From NCBI GenBank assembly GCA_964373795.1, contig CAYJVY010000009.1, forward strand, positions 30,001 to 62,000: a stretch of DNA of 32,000 nt. Reading direction: 5' to 3'. Each line of letters begins with the position of its first letter. Position 1 is the stretch's first letter. Position numbers and translations under genes: made by a program. Under the pieces are notes generated by a model that saw only the letters and a program-made list of their open reading frames with translations, ran no database searches and was not told the DNA's origin. Shown here piece after piece: positions 16,461-24,877 of this stretch. This DNA comes from an uncultured archaeon (GTDB taxonomy: Archaea; Iainarchaeota; Iainarchaeia; Iainarchaeales; DATDZZ01).

Positions 16461-16922
16461 ATGGGTTTTAAGTCTGAAGACGAAAAGAAACTGCAAAAAC
16501 TCACTTCTTATGCATGGGTTTTAGTATTAATTTTTATTTTACTTGCAGTAACTTTGTTTTTTACTGGATTTAAGTTAGTTAAACCAAAACCTAAATGCAT
16601 TGATTTCCCTGAATATTTAGTTTATGAAAAGCATTCTTTGAATGACAAAGGAGAGTTTTCTTTAGCTTTAACTAGTTCAAAAAACTTGACTCTGAGTTCA
16701 ATAGAACTTGATGGAGAATTGCTTGTTTTAGCTGATAAAAGCAAAAGCGTTGTTTCAGAAATAGCATTAACTAAAGACAAAAGCACCGAAATTAATGCTC
16801 TTGGATCGCCTCAAAAACAAGAAGAAAAAGAGTATTCAAAACAACTTAGATTAACTTATTTTTTTGAAGGCGAGAATAGAAAAATTGTTTCAATTGCTTC
16901 TTGCACTGGAGTAATTGAATAA
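16461..16922 (+). CDS. Pilin-paralog C with divergent N-terminus
   Basis: It is the same length (153 aa). TSYAWVLVLIFILLAV aligns with MTYGWALVVIV, and both Cys positions are conserved (PKCIDFPEYLVY, ASCTGVIE). The K-G/A|Q cleavage motif is missing. Confidence 0.6.
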   Translation: MGFKSEDEKKLQKLTSYAWVLVLIFILLAVTLFFTGFKLVKPKPKCIDFPEYLVYEKHSLNDKGEFSLALTSSKNLTLSSIELDGELLVLADKSKSVVSEIALTKDKSTEINALGSPQKQEEKEYSKQLRLTYFFEGENRKIVSIASCTGVIE

Positions 16923-16929
16923 CTCTGCC

Positions 16930-16962
16930 CTTTTCTTTTTCTTTAAAAAAGAAAAAGAAAAG
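16930..16962. terminator. Perfect 15 bp palindromic hairpin with AAA loop between convergent genes (bidirectional terminator candidate)
   Basis: CTTTTCTTTTTCTTT-AAA-AAAGAAAAAGAAAAG. Every position 16930-16944 pairs with 16962-16948. The sequence is T-rich when read on either strand. Confidence 0.55.
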
Positions 16963-17039
16963 TGTAAGTTGCCCAAAAGAAAGAGAAAGGAAAATGTAAG
17001 TTGCGCAAAAGAAAGAAAAGTGTAAATTGTCCCACAAAA
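16951..17039. repeat. Three imperfect tandem direct repeats (~26-32 nt) of consensus GAAAGAAAAGTGTAAGTTGCCCAAAA
   Basis: The cores are GTGTAAGTTGC at 16962, ATGTAAGTTGC at 16994 and GTGTAAATTGTC at 17020, each flanked by GAAAG/AAAAG runs. Confidence 0.6.
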
Positions 17040-17058
17040 GAATGCCCTTGATTTGGGT

Positions 17059-18057
17059 TTAAGTGAGTAAGCCTGCGAAAAAGAATAAGAATAATTCTCT
17101 TACTACAATGAATACTGTTAGTGAAACAATTAGTATTGGAATAAAGTATTTTAATCCTGTTTTTTCTTTTCCTGAATTTATTACTCCAATTGTCATGCTT
17201 GCAAAAATGCTTCCAACGAATAACACTAAATATGCAAAGAATAAAACAAATTCTGGATCTATTCCTCCACCTGAACCTGTTACTATTGGCACTGGGCTTT
17301 TGCTTAAAGCTTCTGGATTAATTCCTTCTCCAATGCCTGCTGTTTGAGCTGTAAGAGCTTGAACAATGAAAGTACTAATTCCTAAAAGAAATGGCCCTCC
17401 AAAAGCCGAGCCAAAAAAAATCAATAAAACATACATTGAAATGTTTGATTTAATTTCTGATTGAACTGATCTTTGTTGTCTTAAATCATTTGAAAGCTGT
17501 ACAAGCAAGTCAGCTATTTGTCCTCCACTGCTAACTCCTTTTGAAATAAGCCAAACAGTTCTTTCCAAGATTTTTGACTTAATTTGGTTGGGTAATTCAA
17601 GTAAAGCTGTTTCAATTCTTTCTCCTGCTAAAATTTTTTGAGTTGCTTTTTTTAATTCTCGTTCTAATGCACCAAATTCCGGGCGAGATGCAATTAGTAA
17701 AGCTCTTTCAGTTGTTAATCCTGACTTAATATGTGACGCAATTAATTGAAGCGCGTCAGGTAAAATGTTTTCAACAAATTTTCCATTTGATTCAGCTGAA
17801 AGATCCATCCAATAATAAGGCAAGGCAAAGATTATTATACTTAAAATAATGAATGACAGTAAAAAGAATGGCAGGCTTAATTCAAATAATAAAAATAAAT
17901 TAATTGTTAAAATAAATCCTAAAATCAAGCTAAAAATAGTTAAAAAGCCTACAAATATTTCTTCATCTCCTCTAAAATCCATGAATTCAAATTCTCTTTT
18001 AAATGCGTTCAAAATATTTTTTGGCAGTATTTTTCCAATTTTTTTGTAGTAACTCAT
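17059..18057 (-). CDS. Type II secretion system F-domain platform protein (TadC/ArlJ C-half-like)
   Basis: 332 aa. N-terminal TM helices are followed by a cytoplasmic helical domain (LPDALQLIASHIKSGLTTERAL...) and C-terminal TM helices. Confidence 0.8.
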   Translation of the reverse strand: MSYYKKIGKILPKNILNAFKREFEFMDFRGDEEIFVGFLTIFSLILGFILTINLFLLFELSLPFFLLSFIILSIIIFALPYYWMDLSAESNGKFVENILPDALQLIASHIKSGLTTERALLIASRPEFGALERELKKATQKILAGERIETALLELPNQIKSKILERTVWLISKGVSSGGQIADLLVQLSNDLRQQRSVQSEIKSNISMYVLLIFFGSAFGGPFLLGISTFIVQALTAQTAGIGEGINPEALSKSPVPIVTGSGGGIDPEFVLFFAYLVLFVGSIFASMTIGVINSGKEKTGLKYFIPILIVSLTVFIVVRELFLFFFAGLLT

Positions 18058-18068
18058 TTAACTCACTT

Positions 18069-18959
18069 TTAATCTGAAATTAAATTTGGTCTAGCAGATT
18101 TCATCATTCCAAGGTACATGAATTGAGAAATTATAATGAATGCTAATAAAATCCAAAAAACTATTTCACCTATTTTTACTTGAGGAAAAGAACTTAACAC
18201 AATTAAAAAAGTTATTCCAAGAGAAGGAATTATTACTCCTAACATCATGTAAACCAATGAAAGTAACTTCATTTTAGATCCGTATTCATTTATTTGAACT
18301 GTTTGTTCTTTAACCATTGAATCAACTATTTCAGCTAAAACAACAGTTATTTCTGCTCCAGATCTTAGTCCTGTGACTATTTGATCAATGCTTCTTCTAA
18401 AAAAATATGAAGGCGTTTCTTCACCCATTTCTTTTAAAGCAGTGTCTTCTGGTTCTCCGCTATTGATTTTGTTTATAAGTGTTTTGAATTCATTTGTTAA
18501 TTGTCCATAATCTCCTTCTGCTACAACACTTAGTGAATCAAATAATGTTACGCCTGATTTTAATTGAACAAGCATTGTTCTTAATGCAAACACTAAACTT
18601 TTTTCAATTTCTCTAACCTTTTTTTTAACTAAAATTGTTGGATAAAAAATTACTTGAATGAAAATTAGTAATGCAAAAAAAAACCCGCCTGCAAATGAAA
18701 GAACAATCATTTGTTCAGGAAAATATTTTGAAGAAATTAATAAAATAAATGCTGCTGCAAAAGAAAAGTAAAAAATTGTTAAAATTAATGTAATTGCACA
18801 GTATTCTTTTACTTCAAATTTTAGTTTTGCTTGCTTTAATTTTAGTTCTAGATCTGGAAAAATTGAAGTAATTAAAAAACTTAATCCGTAAAATTTTGGC
18901 GCAATTTTTTTAAGAAGTTTAATTGGAATTGGATTGAATGGAATTAATTCTGGATTCAT
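18069..18959 (-). CDS. Type II secretion system F-domain platform protein (TadB/ArlJ N-half-like)
   Basis: 296 aa with the same architecture (LVFALRTMLVQLKSGVTLFDSL...). It lies 11 nt upstream of the second T2SF gene. Confidence 0.8.
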   Translation of the reverse strand: MNPELIPFNPIPIKLLKKIAPKFYGLSFLITSIFPDLELKLKQAKLKFEVKEYCAITLILTIFYFSFAAAFILLISSKYFPEQMIVLSFAGGFFFALLIFIQVIFYPTILVKKKVREIEKSLVFALRTMLVQLKSGVTLFDSLSVVAEGDYGQLTNEFKTLINKINSGEPEDTALKEMGEETPSYFFRRSIDQIVTGLRSGAEITVVLAEIVDSMVKEQTVQINEYGSKMKLLSLVYMMLGVIIPSLGITFLIVLSSFPQVKIGEIVFWILLAFIIISQFMYLGMMKSARPNLISD

Positions 18960-18965
18960 TTTGAT

Positions 18966-20489
18966 TCACTTTTTTGTTTTGGCTTCTTCTTTTTTTGGCT
19001 TTAAATCTTTTTCAACCATTTTAATTACTTCATTTTCATCCATGTAGTATTGAGCCATTATTTTTCCAACGTCTTGAATTGAGTGAATGTCTTTTTTTAC
19101 AAGCCATTCTAGAATTGCTTGCTTTGTTTTTAATTCTTTTTTCATTTCATCTAATGTTAGCCCTGTATGCAATGATAATTCGTCAAATAATCTAATGCTT
19201 TGAGTGTGTTGAGTTATAGAGTCAATTGAAGGCTTCCACCTGTATAATACATTTGCTTTAACTACTTCTTGTCCATCTCCTCTTCTTTCTGGAATGAATT
19301 CAGCTAATTGAAGAATTCTTCTTGCACCAATTCTTCTGTTTCTAAACATTACTACATTTAAGTGAACTGCTTCAAGCATGGCTGCAGGAATATTTACTGG
19401 AGGACTAGTTAACCTACTAATTGTTTCATCTGCAGTGTTTGCATGCACGCTTGTATAAACTGAGTGACCTGTATGCATTGCTTCAAACATTACTTCTGCT
19501 TCTCTTTGTCTTCTAATTTCTCCTACAATTATCCTGTCAGGCCTCATTCTAAGAGAGTTAACTAATAAGTCAAGCATTGAAACTTCTCCTTTTCCTTCAG
19601 GGTTTGGTTCTCGAGTAGTTAATGGCACCCAATGAAGATATTCAGGCAAGGTTAATTCTCTTGTGTCTTCAATTGTTAAAACTCTGTGATTTGGTTGAAT
19701 AAAAGGCAAGCAAATTCCCATCATTGTTGTTTTCCCTGAAGCCGTTCCCCCACTAAAAATAATGTTTAATTCAAATTGCATTGCAAGCCAAATTAAACTC
19801 ATTATTTCAGAGTTAACAGTGTTGTTTCTAATTAAATCTGTTACAGTCCAAGGATCTCTTCTAAATCTTCTAATAGTAATAGTGTTTCCTTTAGTTGAAA
19901 TAGGAAATAAAGTTGCATTTGCTCTGTCTCCTGTAACTAAATGCGCATCAAGTAATGGATTTAAAATTGTTATTTGTTTTCCTACCCTTCTAGCAATAAT
20001 GCTTGAATAGTTTTGAATCTCTGATTCAGGTGAAATGAATACATTTGTTTTAAGCCAAGAATATTTTTTATGATAAACCCATACAGGTTCTTTTGAAGCA
20101 TTTACAACTATTTCTTCCAAGTCTTTATCAGCTAAAAGGAATTCAATTTGTCCTAATCCAAGCATTTCGTTTAACAAAATAGCTATTAATGAATTAGTTT
20201 TTTCATTTGACATGTTTGGCAAGTTTTTTTGCAACACATTTAATGCTTTTTCCTTGAATTGTTCTCGTATTTTTGAAATAAATTTTGGGTCAATAATTTT
20301 TTCTGAATGAACTGGGATTTCTAAAATAATTGATTGCTTTAAATTGTCAAGCAATGCTTTTGTTCCAGGGCCAAAATCAGGGGTACTTAAAACATAGCTT
20401 CTAACGAATTCATTTTTTTCTTCAACAATGTTTACATCTAATTTAAGGTTTTCAAACCCTATTTCATAGGTTTCAATTACTTTAACCAT
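18966..20489 (-). CDS. Type II/IV secretion-family assembly ATPase (FlaI/ArlI, PilB, CpaF-like)
   Basis: It has Walker A SGGTASGKTT, Walker B/Asp box RMRPDRIIVGEIRRQREA and His box HTGHSVYTSVHAN. Confidence 0.92.
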   Translation of the reverse strand: MVKVIETYEIGFENLKLDVNIVEEKNEFVRSYVLSTPDFGPGTKALLDNLKQSIILEIPVHSEKIIDPKFISKIREQFKEKALNVLQKNLPNMSNEKTNSLIAILLNEMLGLGQIEFLLADKDLEEIVVNASKEPVWVYHKKYSWLKTNVFISPESEIQNYSSIIARRVGKQITILNPLLDAHLVTGDRANATLFPISTKGNTITIRRFRRDPWTVTDLIRNNTVNSEIMSLIWLAMQFELNIIFSGGTASGKTTMMGICLPFIQPNHRVLTIEDTRELTLPEYLHWVPLTTREPNPEGKGEVSMLDLLVNSLRMRPDRIIVGEIRRQREAEVMFEAMHTGHSVYTSVHANTADETISRLTSPPVNIPAAMLEAVHLNVVMFRNRRIGARRILQLAEFIPERRGDGQEVVKANVLYRWKPSIDSITQHTQSIRLFDELSLHTGLTLDEMKKELKTKQAILEWLVKKDIHSIQDVGKIMAQYYMDENEVIKMVEKDLKPKKEEAKTKK

Positions 20490-20503
20490 TTTTTCAACCT
20501 CGT

Positions 20504-21940
20504 TTATTTTTTTTCATCCTCTATATTTACTTCAAGCGCCAATAAAATTGGTTCGCCTATGGGAGGATAATTTATTTTAATTAAATTATTTTCCTCTAAA
20601 ACTTCTGCAATAACTGTAATTCTTTCACTTGGCAAGTTAAGTTCTTTTACTGCATCGCTTAATTTGATTTTTCCATTTTTTTTAACCAACAATAACACCT
20701 TGTCAAAATCTGTTGAAATTGTTTCTTTTTCTAAATTTTTTTCTACTCCTTTAAATTTTTCTTCTTTTTTAATTGTTCCAATGACTGATGAATCCAGTGA
20801 AACAACTAATGGTTCATGGATTTTTTCTCTTTTAGTTTCAGGTTTTGTGTCTTCAACTACTTTTCCTAAGCTAAGTTTTCCTTCTGGTTTAAAATCAGTT
20901 AACCTTTTTCCACTTAATGGCTTGGTTTTTGTTTCCTTTAAAGCCTTTGGCTTGTCTTCTTCATATTGCATTTCTTTTATTTCTTTTTCAATTTCTTCTT
21001 GGGTTTTTACTTCCGCTTTTTTTACTGCCTGTTTTTCTACTTGAATTGGTTGTCTTTTAATTTCTTCTTTTACTGCTGCAGCTATTTCTTTAGCCATTAC
21101 TGAAACTTTTTTACTTGAAGTTCTTCTTTTTTGTGACTCTATCTCTAATGGCGCGTTAATTACTTCTTTTTTTATTTCTTCTTCACTTGGAATTACTTGT
21201 TTTATTCCTGTTTTAAATTCTTTTTTCCCTAGTTCCAGTAACATATTTTTTTGTCTGTATTGAATTAATTGTTGTCTTAATTCGGTTGTTTCGGAATCTT
21301 TTAGTTTTATTTTTTCTTTTAACTCATGGGTTTGGTTTTTGAGTTTTTCTAATTCGTTTTTTGTTTTTTCGTAATCTCTTTTTAACTTCATATAAGATTT
21401 GTTAATACTTGCAACATTTGGATTTGCTTTAAACTCTTTTTCAGCTTTAACTGTTTTAGGTAGCAATTCTTTTTTTCTAAAATTCAGTAAATTAATTTTT
21501 TGCTTGTATTCAAGCATTTTATTATTATAAGCAGTTTGTTTTCCATGGCTTCTTAAATACTCTACTTCTAATCCTAAAATTAATGCTTTAGTTTCTTTTA
21601 TCTCTTTTTCATAGTCTTCAATTGATTTATTTTTCTTTTGAATTTTGTTATAAATTTGAATTGGTTTTCCTTTTGGTTTAATTTTCATTCCATGACTTAA
21701 TGCTTTTTTTTCTAGTTTTGAAATCTTTTTTTTAATATTTTTTTCAGCTTCTTTGGAAGTTGATTTCCTTTTCTTTTCATTTTTAATATTTTTTTCAATT
21801 TCTTTTTCTTCTTCTTTTTTTTCTTGTTTTTCTTGAATTTGATTGGTTTCATTTGAAATTGTTGTTTCTTTTTTTAATCCAATTAAGCTTAGAAGTTGTT
21901 CTATAAAACCATTTTTAGGTTTTTCATTTGTTTCAGGCAT
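20504..21940 (-). CDS. Lys/Glu-rich coiled-coil protein with C-terminal winged-helix-like domain, unknown function
   Basis: 478 aa. The N-terminus has an amphipathic GFIEQLLSLIGL, followed by about 380 aa of K/E low-complexity sequence. The C-terminus DKVLLLVKKNGKIKLSDAVKELNLPSERITVIAEVLEENNLIKINYP looks like a wHTH. Confidence 0.6.
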   Translation of the reverse strand: MPETNEKPKNGFIEQLLSLIGLKKETTISNETNQIQEKQEKKEEEKEIEKNIKNEKKRKSTSKEAEKNIKKKISKLEKKALSHGMKIKPKGKPIQIYNKIQKKNKSIEDYEKEIKETKALILGLEVEYLRSHGKQTAYNNKMLEYKQKINLLNFRKKELLPKTVKAEKEFKANPNVASINKSYMKLKRDYEKTKNELEKLKNQTHELKEKIKLKDSETTELRQQLIQYRQKNMLLELGKKEFKTGIKQVIPSEEEIKKEVINAPLEIESQKRRTSSKKVSVMAKEIAAAVKEEIKRQPIQVEKQAVKKAEVKTQEEIEKEIKEMQYEEDKPKALKETKTKPLSGKRLTDFKPEGKLSLGKVVEDTKPETKREKIHEPLVVSLDSSVIGTIKKEEKFKGVEKNLEKETISTDFDKVLLLVKKNGKIKLSDAVKELNLPSERITVIAEVLEENNLIKINYPPIGEPILLALEVNIEDEKK

Positions 21941-21993
21941 ATTCTCACTGTATTTAATAAGTTTTTGTGGTATTTATTTCTTTTCAATTAAAT

Positions 21994-22872
21994 CTATGAT
22001 TTTTCTGTTCTTAATTCATGGTCTCTTACTTTAATGAATGTATTTGGTAGTCTAATATGTGGAGCAGCATTAGCATCATCTCCAAAATCTATTCCTGACA
22101 TTAAGTCAACTCCAACTGAATTGTTGTTTGTAATAGTTAACTTGCTGTTGTCAAAAACTATTTCAATATCGTTTCCTGATTCCCCTGAAGTATTAATTGT
22201 TATTGTAAACTTTTTTGAAGCATCAATGTTTGTAAAGGAAACATTTGTTTCAGGAATTTTGTTGCTATTTCTAACAATTAATTCAATGTTTAATGCTTTT
22301 AAGCAATTATTACAAGTTGGCACGGAAGCCGGATTTGTTTGAATTGATTCATAGGATTGATTTTGCAGAGTTAAATCTAAAAAATATGAATTAAAATCTA
22401 GTCTGCTTGGAGAATAAATTATTGAATTGTTTATTCTTTTTCCTTGAGTGAAAACATTTGGATGGCTTACATTAAAATCGTATGGCTCCACTATTAAATC
22501 GAGTGAATCATTTAAGTTGTAGGATAAGTTTACATCTAAATTGTCTTTATATCCTTCAAGAAATAAATTGTAATTATCTAAATATATTTTAAGGTTAGTA
22601 AATTTGTTGTCTTCTTTTTTCTTTGAAAGAGTTTCAGTTAAAGCAATTGTTGTAGGAGTTTTATTTATCTTTAATGCAGAGACATTTTCTAAAATGTCTT
22701 GGAAATTATCTTCAATGTTTTCATATTTCATTGAAACATTGTCTATTCCTATTATGTCTTTTTTGAATGCGTCTGCTTGTTTAACGTTTTCTTTAACTAT
22801 TTGACTTAACTGTAATACAACTAACGCTAGAATTAAAACTGAAAACGTTAACAATAACCCTTTACTATTCAT
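21994..22872 (-). CDS. Class III signal-peptide (pilin-like) protein, ~292 aa
   Basis: The probable start is MNSKG|LLLTFSVLILALVVL at 22872, where ATGAATAG overlaps the upstream stop. The track start 22899 adds 9 codons. The protein is N-x-S/T rich. Confidence 0.6.
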   Translation of the reverse strand: MNSKGLLLTFSVLILALVVLQLSQIVKENVKQADAFKKDIIGIDNVSMKYENIEDNFQDILENVSALKINKTPTTIALTETLSKKKEDNKFTNLKIYLDNYNLFLEGYKDNLDVNLSYNLNDSLDLIVEPYDFNVSHPNVFTQGKRINNSIIYSPSRLDFNSYFLDLTLQNQSYESIQTNPASVPTCNNCLKALNIELIVRNSNKIPETNVSFTNIDASKKFTITINTSGESGNDIEIVFDNSKLTITNNNSVGVDLMSGIDFGDDANAAPHIRLPNTFIKVRDHELRTEKS

Positions 22873-23302
22873 TTTTAATCCACGCCCAATATTCTGCATT
22901 ATAGTACTTGCTTATTTCATTGTCTTTAAATGCTAAAAATAATCTTCTTCCTTTTACTACGTCTTTATCAGTTAAATTAATTGAAGTAAAACCTAGATTT
23001 AATTCATTTTTTTTCTTGAATTCGTTTCCTGAAAACTCGAATTCTTCTATTTTCATTTTCCATTGAAATTGAATTGGCATTACTGCATTAATTTCTTTTT
23101 CAATTTCAGTTCCATCAAGTTTTTGAAGAACTCCTTTTGAATCCAAAATGCTTAGCGAATCATTCATTATTCTTTTTAATGAAACAGTGTTAAATGAATC
23201 TGTTGTTGATCCAAACAAGGAATGAGTTAAAACCGCAAAAATTGTTATAGTTAGAAAAACTGCCATGAATGCATCTAAACTAAACACATATCCTTTTTTC
23301 AT
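22865..23302 (-). CDS. Class III signal-peptide (minor pilin-like) protein, 145 aa
   Basis: MKKG|YVFSLDAFMAVFLTITIFAVL. Confidence 0.6.
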   Translation of the reverse strand: MKKGYVFSLDAFMAVFLTITIFAVLTHSLFGSTTDSFNTVSLKRIMNDSLSILDSKGVLQKLDGTEIEKEINAVMPIQFQWKMKIEEFEFSGNEFKKKNELNLGFTSINLTDKDVVKGRRLFLAFKDNEISKYYNAEYWAWIKNE

Positions 23303-23306
23303 TTCA

Positions 23307-23807
23307 TCAACTCTTGAATAATGTTAAATTTAGTTTTGCTGGTTTTCCATTTAATTCAATAATTCTTTGAGTTGAAATAGAGTATTTAGGGTTAGTAATT
23401 GTTACTCCTTTTTCAAAAACTGTTTGAAAGTCTTGCTCGATTTTAAGATAGTAATCGTATTGAGGAATTAGCATTTTTTCTTTTGATTTATTGTAATCCA
23501 TTGAAGCAAGTTTGTTTAACTTGCTTTGATTTAAAACTCTTTTTTCATTGACTAATCCAATTGAATTAATTTGATTTAAATCCAGGTTTTGCCAATTTGA
23601 TGGATTGCCTGTTGTTAAAGTTAAAATGTTTGAAGAATTAAATAAATTTGACTCCATTTTAATTAATGTTTTTTCCTCTGAAACTGCATTAATATGATTA
23701 TTTAATGAAATCAGTAAATAAAAAATTAATACAAGAAATATAACTAAAGCAAATAATAAGTCATACATTATTGCCTGGCCTTTTTCTTTGCTTGACTTGT
23801 TAAGCAT
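23307..23807 (-). CDS. Class III signal-peptide (minor pilin-like) protein, 166 aa
   Basis: SKEKG|QAIMYDLLFALVIFLVLIFYLL. It overlaps the upstream gene by 8 nt. Confidence 0.6.
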   Translation of the reverse strand: MLNKSSKEKGQAIMYDLLFALVIFLVLIFYLLISLNNHINAVSEEKTLIKMESNLFNSSNILTLTTGNPSNWQNLDLNQINSIGLVNEKRVLNQSKLNKLASMDYNKSKEKMLIPQYDYYLKIEQDFQTVFEKGVTITNPKYSISTQRIIELNGKPAKLNLTLFKS

Positions 23808-24873
23808 TTGATAACACTATCCTTCCATCAATATTTTCTACTGTTATTTTTCCAGTAAACGTTAATGGTTCTACTACAATTCCTGAATAATTGCAAGTAT
23901 TAGAAGTGACATTTGTTAAACTAACAATGCTGTATTGTTTAATGAATTCAATTGCTACATCTGTAAAGCTTTCCCCTGATCTTGCTCCTTGAAAAGTAGT
24001 ATCAAAGTCAGAGAAATAAGAAACTTTTCCAAGGCCATACTTCCATTGAGCAATTGCATGCCTTGTTGGCACAAGAGTATTGCAATTAGAGGAAGTGCAA
24101 AAAGTTGCAATTACATCTGCTTGATTTGGAGGAATAATTGCTCCATTATCTGCTACTCTTATTTTATCTTCAATTCTTAAATTAAAATCTGGGTTTGGTT
24201 GAACAACTTTTGCATAATAATATGTTGCATCTTTAATGTAAGTTGCTCCTCCAAAAATAGGGAATAAAGTGTTTACATCGTTTTTATTAAAAATGTGTTC
24301 TGATACAATTAACTTTCCGCCATTAAATGTAAAGTTTTCCATTGTTGCAAGATAATTTTTATTCATGTGAGCGTCTTCAAAAATTACTACATCATAATTA
24401 TTAATTGCATTCATTAATTGTTGAATGTCTCCAATTGCTCCATTAGTGTTATTCATGCAAAGCTGTTGTCCGCCAGCAGTTCTATACAAGTAAATGTTTA
24501 AATCAGTTCGAGTTTTCAAAGACCTGTATAAAAAGGCATCTTCTTCTGGGCCACAATTAATGTAATAAGCAATGTCTCCAAATCTATTAACGTCAATGTT
24601 TTGTGATTCAGTTATTTCAATTTGTCCTTTTGAATCAATTCTTACAGCATAATTATCTATTGAACCATTCCATTTTGTTCCAGGTCCTGAAGCATAAACA
24701 TTTGAAATAACATCAGATAATTCTTGGCAAACATTTTCTTTTTTCCATTCACTGTCAATTCCTTGAAGATTAGCTCTGTGTTGGTTTGCAATTAATCCAA
24801 TTGAAAGAAAAACAAGCATTGTTATTCCAACTGCAATACTCATTTCCAAAGATACTTGAGCTTTTAAATTCAT
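23800..24873 (-). CDS. Class III signal-peptide protein with large globular domain, ~357 aa
   Basis: The probable start is MNLKA|QVSLEMSIAVGITMLVFL at 24873, 4 nt after the upstream stop. The track start is 24897. Confidence 0.65.
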   Translation of the reverse strand: MNLKAQVSLEMSIAVGITMLVFLSIGLIANQHRANLQGIDSEWKKENVCQELSDVISNVYASGPGTKWNGSIDNYAVRIDSKGQIEITESQNIDVNRFGDIAYYINCGPEEDAFLYRSLKTRTDLNIYLYRTAGGQQLCMNNTNGAIGDIQQLMNAINNYDVVIFEDAHMNKNYLATMENFTFNGGKLIVSEHIFNKNDVNTLFPIFGGATYIKDATYYYAKVVQPNPDFNLRIEDKIRVADNGAIIPPNQADVIATFCTSSNCNTLVPTRHAIAQWKYGLGKVSYFSDFDTTFQGARSGESFTDVAIEFIKQYSIVSLTNVTSNTCNYSGIVVEPLTFTGKITVENIDGRIVLSNA

Positions 24874-24877
24874 TTTC

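Noticed and set aside
16951-17039. Possible mini-CRISPR array
   Set aside because: The three repeats are directly adjacent and imperfect (26-32 nt period). There are no unique spacers and no cas genes.
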